From Takakia lepidozioides (taxonomy: Eukaryota; Plantae; Bryophyta): 64,000 bases of DNA. This document shows, one piece after another, positions 48,401 through 62,460 of the stretch (the stretch's first letter is position 1; each line of letters opens with the position of its first letter). The DNA is taken from contig CM060733.1 of the NCBI GenBank assembly GCA_030704615.1, positions 5,766,001 through 5,830,000 on the forward strand, in the 5' to 3' direction. Position numbers and translations under genes: made by a program. The notes under the pieces are model-generated. The model was not told the DNA's origin, ran no database searches, and saw only the letters and a list, made by a program, of their open reading frames with translations.

Positions 48401-51400
48401 TCTTCAGCACCCACAGGAAATGCTGTGCCAATTATCCCCATTGCAATATCAAACCATCAGAATCCTGTCACTAAAGTATACAAGCCTGCCCTTCGAATAG
48501 TGGTATATCCATCAAAGTGAAAGATGTACTCCTGGCTTCAAGGGCTCCTTTTCTATTTATTCTCAACTAGTCAAGAGTAGAGCCAGTTCCCCACTGGCAG
48601 ATCAAAAATTCGTTGGTGTACTAGTCGTGCAGATCTATTTCATGTTAATAAGTTGAAACGCACTTACACATCTCTGCCTAAAGTAGGCTGTTTCCACACA
48701 TCCTCTTGCTAGCACAATTGTAGGAATTCCAGAAAGACAGACAACTACATCTTTGAGAATGTAGGTCAATCCCTCCCCTTCACTACATCTCTCCGCTTCT
48801 CCTCTTGAAAGCACGCAAAGAAACGGGAATGGCTAGGGATTAGGTACTTGGAAAGCCGGAATCAGATGGGGCAGATGCCGGGGACGTGCTGTTATCGGGT
48901 GGTTCATGGTCTCCAGAGCTTCCTTCGTTATGTGTCCATTGTACCTGTTAGCATGCACTTCCTCTGACGTAAGGTATGCTACTGAGAACTCGGAATTCCC
49001 TCTCAGGAAGGAAAGAAATGTGGACTGGCAACAAGGGGCCCTGAGCCCTAGACTTGCAATAAACTTTCTTTGTTTCGTGTCTGTTCCCCAATGCAAGTAC
49101 AAGTGAGAGAGAGCATAATCACCAGAGAGTTCGGTAGAAATTGTCCATGCTATTTGTGTGCAAAAAGTCCAAGTAAGCCTGCAGAGAGAGCGGCAAGGTA
49201 GGCAGAATCAGAAATACCAATAAACGTGAAAATTGTGTCTTTTAACTGTTGCACGCTGTGGACAAGTGTGCTATATCTCCCAATGGAGACTGACTCAACA
49301 TCTCACGAGAATATGAGCAATTTGTACGTACCTCACAAATGTGAATATCTTCAGGGGAGGTGTTTGTGTGCAGCTTCTGATGCCACTGCTCCAAGAATAG
49401 TTCTTCTAAGCCTGGCCTGTGTAGCCAGAGCTGAATTCAGCTTACAAAATCAGTAACTTACGTTTCTCGATGGTGTGGCAAAAGGTGGAAGGAAGCCCTT
49501 CAGTGATTATCAAGAGAGTGAAATAGAGTCGTGCTACGGAGTTACACTCTAAAAATATAGTTTCCAAGGTGCGAAAAAAGACTGAAGTTTTGGACAAGAG
49601 CCATACCTATGCCCCTCTTTAATCCCATGCTCCCGCATTATGTTTAAGATTCTGCAAGAAAAGTACTGAAATGAGAGTAGCTATCGGACAACTGATTCTT
49701 GAGCTGAAGAGGCCCTATCAACCAGTGAATCACAAGCATTTTTGGCACTACATGTATTGCCCCTCCATAGGAATCAACCAGGAAGAACTTGTCAATATAT
49801 GGCCCACACTGTCTCAAGTGCTAGAGTATGCCGAGCACCAGGGTTAATCGTCTCTTGAACATGCTGTTGTGCTGTACTCCACATTCTAATCAAGTCCCAA
49901 CTCCGACTTCAACCTACCCTGTGGGGTGGATTTACATGGTGGAAGAACTTACCCCATGCGAATCTGTTCCGAGTCACCACCCCCACGTGGTATTGTGGCC
50001 AGAGCCAACCTTGCAAAACGACGGATCAAAGGGTCTTTGCCACCTCTCACTTTTTGTGCCATTGAAGTTGCCAGCCGCTACAACTCAAACAAAACCCCAA
50101 AGGATAATTATGTCCAATTGAAGGTCATGAGAACTCCACCCAACCATAAACATCGCAAACATTACTTGTACTTAAGTGGGCTTTACGAAATCCGGACATC
50201 TTCCAGATCAGTTCCTGCAAGGCAGCCGTAACTGTGGAACCAATGCGCGCTAAGGTACCTGAGATAACCAAGGTGGTCTCGCAGGTAAGTGCTGAGCTTA
50301 CTTGTAGATTGTAAAGTAGAAAATTATGGGCAACTCCAGCCGAGGTCTTCCAGATTGGCAGTATAGTACCTCGACATTAGGCACTCTAGAGAATTCTTAT
50401 GGGAATTCCCGCTCTGTCCTGCCCTCTCATTAGGTAATAGGGACTCTGACTAATTCAGCAATAAAGACAATAGCCACCAAAAAATCAATGCAGCTCCTGA
50501 CACACTCCTACCTCTTTCCACGACAGTAAGCCTTGAACCGTGCTTTGACGATCTGAGCATATATCCTGAGGTGACTACGTGACTACGCACAAAACCGAAG
50601 GAATGAACGTCATAGAACCTTACCTCTTGCACGTGCGCGATGTCCTTGGATTGGTAGTTGCAGTTGCGGTACCACACCAACTGAAAATGCAGGTACTCAG
50701 GCATAATAGATTAATGTGCATGTCATCATAATGTTCCAAGTTACATACAATGGAAGATGGATTAGCCTACCTTAGGTCTTCCAAATGTGAGCAAAACAGG
50801 AAGCACTTCTGCCTTTGTAAATTAGATATTATAATCTGACAAATATACTGTCAAAGTGAATATTGGCCTGGATATTTAGAGCCTGGAGTTTGATGCTTTG
50901 TAGAAGTAGATACTAGATAGTATGTATGTCCGGACCAAAGAAGTGCTTGATCTTTTTGACATGCAGCTATCTACTGAGAGATCTTTTTGAAGTGATCTTT
51001 TTGACTCGCAAAAGGTATGTAAAGTACCTGTCTATTGGCAGAGAATCGGAGCCAGGTATAAATGAGAGCCATGCCAGCCGCACCCACAGCCTCTGCTGAA
51101 TCCAATAGCTCAGATGCCAGAATGAAGCGGCTGAAGAGCGACCAGTTGCTGTAGGTCGTCTCCGGCACAACAACCTGGTGCACCACCACTGAACGCTAAA
51201 TATGTGTACATATCTGGACAAAATTACTTCCTGCTTCCCATCAAAGCTTCCTTCCTCGCATCAGTCGACAACGTCACTCTCAGATATGCAGGGGTGTTGC
51301 CCAGTTGGGCGTTCAAATGTAGTAAGCGGACGTTTCTTTTCCAGGACAATTTAGCACGATTCCTAAGAGAAATGAAAGCTGGACTTTCTAAAATAGTTTC

Positions 51401-53522
51401 AATTTCGGTGCGCAGAGCATACCTGATCAACAAGGTCTTTTAAATCCATCGACTTCAAGTCCACTGAGAAGTGGCTACCGTTGTTATACCAATTTCCCTC
51501 CTTATCCTGTCCAAGCATTACACCAAGTCAATTTTACCTGATATATGTGTGTACATATCAGCTGATTTTCAGTTTAATCCCTCATTTTGCACCGAGAAAG
51601 AACAACAACCAAACCCATGGACTCGAGAATCTCATCTCTCGAGAGCCATGGACCTCAAGAGTCAATGGCCATCTCGAACTCTTGAACTCGATGGGTAACA
51701 CACAGAGGGTTCACGAGTTCGAGATGACCCATGGATATATGTGTTACTTGCCCGCTCCACCTGCTCCTATCACACACTACAGATTGCAGACCTGTCTATC
51801 CCCTGTCTATCCGCAATAAAATTCGCTTTCAAAACTTGTAGATGTATGTCAGAGGATAGATCAATGACAAATGCAGACCTGTGTTACTTGTTGAAACATT
51901 ATGACTGTGTTAGGAAATGATCTAGAACTCGAGACATGCACATTAAATGTCTTTTATTCTCGATTCTCTTCCCATAGGCCTACAACTCACTCTTAATACA
52001 AAAACCAATCGCCGTGGTGCCTCATGGTTACAAATTCTTATCACCACCTGTTTCAGGAAAAAACATCAAATCAACATCAGGCGCCGAGCTTGAGCTGACT
52101 ATACCCATCTCTCCGAGTACTCTCTTGCCAGACCAATAATGAAGTGCAACCTTCATGCTAATCTCACATCCGAAAATGCTTAGGACTAGACTGCTCCCGT
52201 ACTCTTCACATGGACTGTTAACAGCATCCAGTGCGTTTAATTGTACCTCTTGCAAGTACCCGTTCGCCATGTGCGGTTATATATAAGAAAAAGACTGTAA
52301 AACTTGAATCTCACAGTCTGTGGACTTCGTCGATTTATCTGATTTCTAATGCTTAGCTTAGAAACTTGGCAAAAAAAGATTGTGTAGGAAAAGTGTGGAA
52401 GTCTGAACCTGCCATTGACCATGCCGTGCAAGTAAGAAGGGTGTCTCGATAGCCTTGGATTCATTCACAGCTACAGTACCAGAAGGCCACCATGTACTGT
52501 CGGGCAACTTCCAGTTGTCAACACCCCAATGCAAAATCTGCTTACCAATCCCGAGGTAAGAGACTCTGACGTTTGAAACTACAGCCCCCTTTTTCTACCT
52601 CTATAGTTCCAAGTCTTTCGTTCTTAGATTCCTTTCTGTCTGTCGAGCTCCCCCGCGGGATTGAGGCGGGATAGTCTCACGGAGAAAAGAGGCTATGACA
52701 ATCCATTATCCAACGTTGTCTTTAAAAAGGGAATTGGACTGTCCACATCCCCCTTTCCTTTCCCAACATTCCCGCGGGGGCATGGTTCCTTAACCTCAGG
52801 CCCTCTAGTTCTCATCTCAAGCCTTCCATAAAAAGTAGCCCTTCCCCGTCCATGCATTTGCCTGGACTTAATGAGTGAAAAAATTTGTTCAATCTTGTCA
52901 AAACAGTTCGATAGTCCTGTGAGAGTATCAGAGTTCATACCATGCCGTTCTCGGGTAATGTTATCTCCACTAAGAAAACCCCATCTTGACTCCCACTCTT
53001 CACGGCCAAAAGCAGCCCTTTCTTGATCACATATGAAGCGGTTGTTTCCTCTAAATCAGTGCACAAGGCACCGTTATTGACACTTAGACCATCACCATTT
53101 ACAATGGCTGGGAACTCTGATGCCATGGTAGACTCCGCTTCTGCTCTCATAGCTGCTGTTCCTACTCTCTGTCTGAGGCCATTGCATTGTGATTTGTGAA
53201 ATCTGGAAAGGCCCGTATTTACAAATTCGGGGATGTAGTCACCAGACCTTCCTCGAGCACTCAATACAGAGGAACTTAATAATCTACGAGGCGTTGTAAC
53301 CGTGGAAGAAAAACACAGCTTAGGACATCGTGAAGTCTGTAGAAATAACTCATAGTGAACTGTCTTATGATAAGCATAAGCCATGCACATCTGGTGTTGC
53401 CTTCTGCCAGCCGGTTTCGGTGCAATCGAGTACAAAGAAGAGAGGAAACTTTCATTTCGACCGAAGTGGCCAACAGCATTGCTCACAGGACGATGGACAA
53501 GAAACAGGTTTTCGAGTGCCAT
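39410..53522 (-). CDS. GWD: Alpha-glucan water dikinase (GWD1/R1-like); many exons
   Basis: LKTVHSGADV; phospho-His motif DVLSHVAIRARN (~45290-45320); VGAKS; VWASKWTHRAW; VVPAEYAFVVHTAHP; IVAGLGEVLVGNYRGRALS; RSDSNGEDLETFAGAGL; terminal DIEGAYSNGIFMVVQSRPQVL* with stop at 39410-39412. Start ATG at 53522 is inferred. Confidence 0.9.
41210..41810 (-). mobile_element. Two short LINE 3'-end copies in a GWD intron
   Basis: 41290-41490 and 41600-41800 are homologous and translate to ...LFTNF...LLG..FW...(V/I)DACVK.(FL)..WK. Related tail motifs occur at ~39590, 43205-43320 and 48060-48240. Confidence 0.55.
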
Positions 53523-54299
53523 AATCTGCAAAAATAAAGATTATCGATGTAACAAAGGAGACACTGTTGAAAGTCACTGTTTTCAACGATGCATCAGTTC
53601 TGCAACCTAGAGCCGCCCCTGGAGGAAGGATCTATATGTATAGGATGGATCTGTAGGAATTTCAGCAATGATTTGCAGGGAGAGGGGAACGTAGAACTGA
53701 TAGCATAAGAAGTTAGGTTCACGAACATGTTTGACAGACAATCGATAGAAGTGTGGTAGATATCCGAGAAACTCAGAATGACGGAGAATCTTGAAGAAAT
53801 CAGAATTACATCACAAAATGTGGACAGAAAAATAACTAACTGGTGGCTCGTGAGATTACTTGGAGCGCCAGTCTGACAAATGCACTCCAACTGTAGATGC
53901 GAGAAGAGTATGGCAAGCAGCGAGGGTATTGTTGAATCTTGCTATGAAAATGCACGGAGTTAGAAAAGAACCGCGGCCAGTACTATCATGTGTAGCATCG
54001 GTCACATGACCGCTCTTCCGCTCGAGGACTAGTACTGGCAAATCGAAATACATGATATCACATGTGAAGCACAAATCTGAAGGCAAACTCTTAGTCCCCA
54101 AAAGTCGTTTAACGCATCATAAGTTGAACAAAACTACTGATACAAACGTTTCTCTTAAAGGGGGATTGTCCTGTAAGCCACCCGAATTCAGACAACAAGA
54201 GATTAAGTCCAATTTCCGGCAAAACATTTTCAAGAGCTCTGAAATTTGAGTTCCTCAGCCCGTCCTGAGCTCGACTGATGACCAGAGTATATAACTCCT

Positions 54300-54930
54300 A
54301 ATGCACGTGCCATCGATGACTTGATGTCCGCAGTGATCAGTGCATTCACCTCTGTAGGTATCATGAATCCATCATCTTCACAGCTCCATCATTTCTATCT
54401 AACTCTCTCGCTCGATGACAGTTCCGCCAACTTGACTAATTCAACTCAATCTACCCTATCCAAGGTCCTTCCGGAATCTCAGTCTCCTTGCCGGCGGCTA
54501 CTCTATCATCACGGGAAGCACGGGCCGCAGGTGACCGGATACCGGCGGTGCTCACTAACCTGGACTGAGTTGGGGCATGGAAATCCAAATGTTTTTATTT
54601 GGAGACGTGCCAGAGTCTTCACGTGGCGGTGTTGCCACGTGTTGCATTATGTAGCCTGTCGCTTTCACTAACGGAAATTCCTGTCTCTCACGCGCACAGC
54701 TGGAAACCCTAATGTATAACCCTCAGTTTCACATTTCTAGGGGCATACGTGGATAGACTGTGAAATCCCACCTTCTCTGGCTTCACAACATTCCGCCCGA
54801 AATGTGCTCCCTTCTACGAGCAGAATCAGCTTCTCTTGTAGCTGGCAAGGCAGTGATACCCACCTGGCAGGGAACGCGCAATCCAGCAAAGGATTCCGCT
54901 TCGATTACAGGCGAACTTTCCACGTCACAA
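54300..54930. promoter_or_regulatory. Cluster of G-box/ABRE motifs in the divergent GWD-TSPO intergenic region
   Basis: CACGTG at 54304, 54620 (CACGTGGC) and 54636 (GCCACGTGT); further ACGT cores near 54605, 54747 and 54922. Confidence 0.5.
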
Positions 54931-55549
54931 GGCATTCCGCTTGGAATGCGTGAGCTTGTCAGATTCTGCACGTCCGACTGCGTCGTGGCTGCCAGCCAGA
55001 TGTCTTGCAGGCAAGTGCCTTATCCAGTACACTTGGGCACACCCCCTTCTCACACGTTGCATCGAGGGTGCTTGACGCGTGCCATAGTAGGTGGATTCAG
55101 TCCATTCCCAGGGTAAGTTTTTGTTAATGACGTTTGTATTCCAGCAAACGAAGACGAACCGACGATTTGCATCCACATTCATCCATCCCATCCATGCAAT
55201 CGTCATAGTGTGGACTAACGAATGTGGAGTCTGGACAGCTGTCGCAGACGACGAGCAGTCTCATAAATAAAAAGAGGTGTACGAACAGAATATTCTAGGT
55301 ATATATCCACGTATTTACTATTTACCCTGCGCTCTCTGGCCTTCATATACAATGAGCTTCACTCCCAAAGCCACTGCCTTCTGCGCTTCCGAGCCTGTCT
55401 CGCACATATCCCTCGTGTGTTTGCAACGCTTGTTGATTAGATTTCCAGAGCGTTATTCGCAGTTTGAGGATTCAGAGTTGTCAGATCGTGTCTGTGCGCT
55501 CCCGGAAAGTCAGATTTGAGTGTCTGCATTCCAGTTCTAGTCGATAAAG

Positions 55550-56173
55550 ATGTCGAGTGGCGAGGGGCTTGCGAAGAGGTCCAGGGATCCTCAAGAGGTT
55601 GGTCAGCCAGATGAGACTGACAAGAAGTACATGGCCAAGAGCTACCGGGCAGTGTCAGAGATAGCAAAGAAGCCGGGAGTGGCGAGCTTGGCAGTTGCGG
55701 TGGCCATTCCTTTTATTGCGGGAATTATAGACGGGGCTGTCAACAGTCCTAACAATCAGTGGTACAAGGATCTGAAGAAACCTTTCTGGAATCCCCCGGG
55801 CTTCTTGTTCGGAGCCGCATGGAGTATCTTGTACCCATTGATGGGACTGGCCTCGTGGCTTGTGTGGACCAAGGGAGGTTTGCAGAAACAAGGCTATCCT
55901 TTGGCTCTGTACGCAGTTCAGCTAGTGCTCAATCTTCTCTGGCCCGTTTTCTTCTTCGGCAAGCATAATGTGGGGCTTGCACTGATCGATATCGTCGCCC
56001 TGGCAGGTGTACTGGTGCTTATGATCGCTGCATTCAAGCCTGTAAATCATGTCGCAGCCAATTTGATGAAGGGTTATCTTGCCTGGGTGTTGTTTGCCGC
56101 TGCCCTCACAATCAACATCTTCTTCAAAAACCGCGGCGGTACGACGGCGGTCGCAGAGCAACATGCAGAGTAA
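55550..56173 (+). CDS. TSPO: Translocator protein (TspO/MBR family), intronless, 207 aa
   Basis: WYKDLKKPFWNPPGFLFGAAWSILYPLMGLASWLVW; QLVLNLLWPVFFFG; YLAWVLFA; five hydrophobic segments and a plant-type N-terminal extension. Confidence 0.95.
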   Translation: MSSGEGLAKRSRDPQEVGQPDETDKKYMAKSYRAVSEIAKKPGVASLAVAVAIPFIAGIIDGAVNSPNNQWYKDLKKPFWNPPGFLFGAAWSILYPLMGLASWLVWTKGGLQKQGYPLALYAVQLVLNLLWPVFFFGKHNVGLALIDIVALAGVLVLMIAAFKPVNHVAANLMKGYLAWVLFAAALTINIFFKNRGGTTAVAEQHAE

Positions 56174-57829
56174 ACATGAGAGTGTCGTCACCGAACCATG
56201 GTGCAGCACAAGGGCCGTTTCACATCTTGTAAACTAGCGGGCAGCGGAGTGTCTGGAGAGTCCGGTGGAAGATAGTCACACACACACTTGCACTTCGGAT
56301 CTCTGCGAGGAGATTCTTCAGTTCCTAAGCAAGTGTAACATATGAGCTTATGGGCATAAGCAAGACTCTGCAGTTTGGCTTTTGGTAGGATCTGTTTCCT
56401 ATTAAGTAGATTTCAGTAGAGAGAGGATGTAGTCCTATGTGGGGCTGATTAGTGAGGACTGGGGCAGACAGGGTTATTTTCAAGAACTGTGGCCTTTCAA
56501 GTCCCTCGAAAGAGTTAGAAGTATCTGCGATGTGGGTAACAGATACCTGAAGATAGTTTGTCAATAATTAACCGATTTGTTTCACATCGGACGATTATAT
56601 ACGCTTGTTCATACCTGCTCCCCAACTTGTCATTCCGTTCCTCTGAGATCTACAGATTGTATGATGAATCTCGTGAACGGTCAGAACGGTTGATCACAGC
56701 CTTGAGAAGCCAAGAAATAACGTCCCATAAGCCCTTGGGAGCCCCATGTAGATAAGAGAAGATTCATTTCTTTCTTACACATACCGTCAACCAGATGACA
56801 AAGTGACCTAATGGATACTGTGCAAGGTGCCTCTCACTCCAAAGATACACCGAGAATGAAAAGAAGTTGAAGCCCCCACGCAGCTCTACAATGAGAGCAA
56901 ATGGGACTCTAGAAAAGACGATGAGCAATCCAATAGAGAACTGGAACCCATCCATCGAATTCGCTGCTGCGAATAAGAAACATTTCCAAGTGCATACTTA
57001 TTTTCTCTTTGCATGCATAAAGCCCTCTTTCAAATCATCAAACACACTTCCGACGCACCTCTTTTTCACTCGAGAGACGGAGACAAAAGATTACTCTGCA
57101 TCCGTCTGAAGTTGACGTTGGATATTTGCATCACATTCCCGCTACGGTTGCGAGGCTTCTAGAAAATCTAGAATAGGCTTCAATGTCCCTCATTTCGTTT
57201 TTCAGAGTAGCCACTGCATCTAACCACAGACTGACACGGTTGTGGAGGAAAAGAATCCCAAGCTTGCCCACTAAGTGGGTGATTATACTTGAACTGTGTC
57301 TGCATTGAGCTTCAGATCACAATTCGAAAAGAAAAAATGCTAACATACACCATGTACCATGGTGAAAACAGCATGACCCCTAGCATTTATACATGGCCAT
57401 GGTCCAAATGGAGGGTTTGAGGAACATAGAGAGCTGCCTGCTTACTTGTATTTTGCACAACGCGTCTTCGATGTTTCCTCTGTTCCATAGAAAGGTCCAA
57501 CAATTTCATGAGCGCAGTCCACTACTCGTTTGAAAGCAAGAGGCAAGAGAAGTACAGTATTTCGTAAACTAACAATATCCACTTTGCCAAGCAAGAGACA
57601 TGAAAATCTTTGGATGTACATGTGAAGAATGTTTTGGGGCGTTAAGTGATGTGTGCGAGACAAGTAAACCCTTAGCTAGAAGGAGTATAAATCTTTAGGA
57701 TTTAGTTACACGTCAAATGAGCTTTTAGCAAATCGTGAACAAGATTGAGATTAGAACTTTCGTACTAACAAATTGCTCAGGCTAATTCAAGCAACTCATT
57801 TGCTTTCCTAAATATGACGACATCTTGGA

Positions 57830-59850
57830 ACCTCTATCCCTCATTGGTTCATGCCCCGAAGAAGATGAACAAACCAGTGGCTTGTTTTCTCCCCATCATC
57901 GACACAGGTACATGTCCAATGAATTAGAGCAAGTCTTCATGGAAGACAGTATCCGGGTGTACAAGGTGGGATCCCAATGGCTCTGGATGTAACCTTGAAA
58001 TAAGCAACAACTTCCTCAATCTCTACAGTTTGTAAAATGGACCCTGCTAGGGACTACCAGAGCACGACACAAATATATGTCTCAACGTACAGACCTCTTC
58101 AGCCTTTTCTTTGGAAGGTGATTCTGCAGTAGTTTGTTGCTCTGCGGTTCTATGGGATAAATAGAGGCCAAGCCTCATAGGACGGTAGTATGTCCCAAGG
58201 GACAGAATCATTCAGGATATGCTGCAACTTCAGCTGGTAAGATCATCTCTCTCTGGGTCTCAGTTGCCTGCAGAGTTTGAAGATGTCATGCCCAGCAATG
58301 TCATAGGTCAATGTTCATCAGAGCTTGACCCGTTCTTAAGTTAGCTCTGTGAGAACACCTCCAAAAACGATCATTTTCAGCTTCACTTCTTGGATTTGAT
58401 GCTTGCCACTTCCCCTGCAACAAAAGCCCATATTCCTTTTGTTTGCCTCAGGTGCATGACCTCCTTGCCAGCTTTGATATGATCCAGAATCTCCGAAAGC
58501 TGCATGGCATGGAGAACTGTCAAACCCATCAGCCTTGAAACTCCTTTAATCATCCCTATTTCAGGCATCTGTTTCTCCCACTTGCGCAAAGTTCTGACCA
58601 TTAGATTCACTTGTTGGCTGGTCATTTCACACAAGAGGACCTCAGTCCCATCCCTTTTGTTTGTGATCGACTCCACATGCCATAGCGTTGGGTCGCTTGC
58701 AAGCTGGTTTGTCTTGATATTGATATCCAGCTCATTGATCACAAATCTATATACACCTCTTAGCTCAGCCATCTGTTCACCTTTGAGCTTAACTGCAGGG
58801 AAATCCGCTGCGCTAAGGTATCCAATTCCCAAAATCATCAAAGATGGCCACAGTTGGGCTGGGTTGCAAGAAGTCAAACCACATTCTTTGAAGGTGGAAG
58901 AGGTGTACAACATCTGTCTTAGTTTTAAAAAAAATGGTGCCCTCCTGTCTAAAGCAATGCAAATAACGAGCTTGTATAGCAGATTGAAAAAGGTGAAGTT
59001 GTTCAGCCATTGGATTGCAATGGAAACTACAACAAATGTCGTGATGCACTGTCGGTATAAATGGTCATTCTGCTGACGCATAGTCGTGCAGGAGGTTGCC
59101 AAACGTTGCCATGGAATAATTTGACAGGAGGTTTCATTGAGTGCTACTACAAGTACTACATGCTTATAGATGATAACAGGCAATTTGATAAACACCACCT
59201 CCAAGAGCCAGAGTACTTGGTCTGTACGGGTCATTTATTAATTAACCTCCCATCTGTCCAATCAAACTGCAAGCAAGATCAACGATAAAGTGGGGCTACA
59301 AGAGGACACTGAAGCTGAATCTCCCTCGGCACTTGCTCGCTCTAAAAAAATAAGACGAACCCAGTTTGTAAATTTGAGCACAGCTCCCCCTTAACCTCAT
59401 GCAAGAACCTGAGACAAACATGGACCCATACCCTCTTCGCTTATGTTATCACCCAGTAGCTTGAGACGACTCTTACAGTTGATGGATTCACTGCGAAGAT
59501 CCACGAGCTTCCTTTGACTGTCAGGTTTTCTTCTGAAAGGATCCTAATATCCTCTTCTCGAACTAAGATTGAAATATTCATTGAAGAGAGATCTTTGATA
59601 GCCCAGATTTCTCTATATCCCTATCTCTGTAACGACTCATAAGATCATGATGAACGACATCGAATTTAAGACTCTCGTACTTAGATTCATGCAAAGGCAA
59701 GGTGCTGGCCAAACCTAAAAATGAGAAACCCGAAACAGCATTCTCTCTGGAAACTCTGCCCAAATCTTCGCTGCATCTCATGTGTGCAAGGAGCTCCCTC
59801 TGTGACTCATTTGCATCGCCCACGAGCCCGGCCGCTCTATCATTTTCCAA
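57830..59850 (-). pseudogene. Decayed coding-like region of unknown family; intact core ORF 58383-59234
   Basis: 283-codon ORF with globular-protein-like composition, flanked by protein-like sequence broken by stops and frameshifts. Confidence 0.4.
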
Positions 59851-61401
59851 GCTCCTTAGGCGCGCTCCAGACCGCGTACCGATGATTCCGTCGTGGACCA
59901 GGTCCCATGGACTCCATCAGACTGTAATGGTCAACGCAGGAATCCAAGCTTCTCTTATGGCTACGGATGGATGCTCATGTGGTCGGCCTGGAAGGCTTCT
60001 GCCCACGCTCTTGCCCCGTAGAGTACTCCACGAAGATCTAGGGGTTCGAATGAAGTTGAAAGCCCTGATGTGCTTACAAAAGTCTTGACAGGATCCATCC
60101 ACAGTACCCGTGTGGTGACTCGCGACACCCTTTCCTGCAACGTCCGGGGAGAACCGGCAGCTAGTTACATGCTAGCCGACTGAATTCCAGAATTTCCGAA
60201 TGAAATATGAAACCTCAGGAAATGGATCCGAGGGAAAAAATGGCCTAAGCGGAAATCAACCGGGTGCCCTACTTTTAAGAAGGATATTTGCCTTTCCATT
60301 TCATTACAGACAGGAAATCTGCCTTAGTTGGCAAGGCCTGGACGGATTCCGGCCCTTTTTATATTACAAAAAATGGAAATGGCCGTCGAAGTCTGCCACA
60401 TGGCAGAATTCCAACGTGCTAGGCCGGGTTACATCCGAGGAAGGGCGTTTACGTGAAAAAATATTGAACTCAAGAGGGCGGCCCGCGGGCAAACCCTACT
60501 AAGTCTGGACGGTTCTCTCGCAGCCCCAGCCCCACGCCTGCTTGCACTCGCTGCCTGCTATCACAGCTCACCTGTCCTTGCGGGTTCAATTCTTGACCTC
60601 CATGTGGTTTGAAGGCATTGACAGGTCCAACTTCTATAAGGATACAATGTTCTTCACTTGTTTGAATTGCTTAAAACTGGTTGTGATTATTTTTTATTAT
60701 TATTATTTACTTATTGTTGTGCATTTGACACTTGTGTTGTCAACCAGTTGATATTTATAAGGGCCTGATTTATAGCTGAACACAAAATAAATCATTAAGA
60801 ATATTACCAGTTGTAAAGAATTTATCCCGGAAATTGACCGGGTATAGTTACCACTAAGGGGCAGCAACCGACTGCCCAACCCACTTAGCCGATTGCTGCT
60901 GGGAATGAGCGGCTACTGGCTGGTTCAACTGAAATTATTTCCCGGACGCTGCTTTCCTGCACGCAACAGTGCTACCACTTTTAAGGTAGCACGAGGCAGG
61001 AAAAAAACGTATGACGTGGTAAGTGCGCATTGCCAGACTACAACTTTGTTGTCGCACCTGGGAGACTCCGGGCCCTCCCGGGCAAGTTATCCAAAGTTAG
61101 CCAACGTGGGTGGAGCATGGCCGACTGGTGGCAAAAGCGACACGATTACCGATATCAGCCATGAACTCTGGGGTCAAATTCCCAGGTATTGTATATTGAA
61201 TCCTTTATAAATTCGGTGTAGACTCATAGTATGGCGTCTTAATGGAATATAACGAACTCCGTTGCAAATGTAATTTTGGGCAAGAAAATTATACATAATA
61301 AAACTATATAACTCACCGTAATGGAATATAACAACCCTCCTCTTCATGCCAACCTTTGTCACCAAGGACACCAAGGACTTAGCAACAGAGAACGAGATAA
61401 C

Positions 61402-61757
61402 TTAGATACGGAGCCTCCCTCCTACTGGTCCTAGTTGCTGCCAGCCCCTACCACCATCTCCCTAGCCTCCTCATATTTCTCTTTGCTGCAGCCAACCTCC
61501 ACCGCCAGCCCCCATAGCGAGCTTCCCTCCAAGGTTTTGCTTTCATTGCGTCCATGCTGGCCTACTATGCAACCTCCTACACCGTCCTCGCCTACCTTCT
61601 GCAGCCTCCGGTACAGTCCTACGCCTTTGGTATTACGCTCTGGGTATTACGCTCTGGAGCCTCTCGTACAATGCTAGGCCACTTCGCATGTAGGATCTAG
61701 CGGACCCGCTCCCTCTTAGAATGTTCTGCATTCTAGAACAATCTAGCATTCTCCCCC
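61402..61757 (-). repeat. Possible LTR with adjacent polypurine tract
   Basis: On the minus strand GGGGGAGAA is followed by TGCTAGA (61748). The far end ...TATCTAA near 61402 is roughly inverted to it. Confidence 0.35.
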
Positions 61758-62269
61758 ATATCCAATAAGCATGTGGCACCCATGTGGGGCCATGCCACTT
61801 TACCACGTGCTTCAGCTAACAGCCAGCCACATCTATTCAGACAGCCTGTACGTGTCCCCTCCGATTTGGCTGATTTTATTTTCGGAACGATTGGGGCACA
61901 TATTGGCGTAAAATTCCTAGGTATTGCGCTCAGTCACCGATGTATGGGCGCGGGCGAAAATTAACACATGGAAGCACGTTGTCATTTTTGTCATCTAGTG
62001 TGGCCGATGGATGGAACATGGAAGTTGGCCCTTACTAGGCCCTTCCGGTTACATGGTGCAATCTCCAATCCGACGATGTCTTACAATTAGTGATTTTACA
62101 TTTTCGTAACATCATTATTGTTTTGCCGCAGAAGCCTTATGAATTCGTAAGGCTACACTTCGAGCAGTTCTTTACACAGAATAAGGGCATGAATGGAGGG
62201 CCTTCCGCCATTTTCAAGTCTAGGGCCCTCAAATGGCGGAAAGCTCTCCACTCAGGCCCTTTTCCTATA

Positions 62270-62460
62270 CATAATCTAGTATATTCTCTACAGAGCTTTC
62301 CGTATGTATTCTAATCATAATCTGGTGTATTCTCTAGGGTGCTTCGCGTTGCTCCGCACTAGTGTACTCCAATTATAATCTAGTATATTCTCTAGGGGGC
62401 TTCGCGTTAGTGCGCACTAACGTATTCCAGTCATAATCTAGTCTATTTCTAGGGGGCTTA
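62270..62460. repeat. Tandem repeat, ~58 bp unit, 3-4 copies
   Basis: ATAATCTAGTATATTCTCTAG variants at ~62271, 62317, 62375 and 62433. Confidence 0.8.

Noticed and set aside
58504-59076. 190-aa plus-strand ORF
   Set aside because: Antisense shadow of the 283-aa minus-strand ORF.
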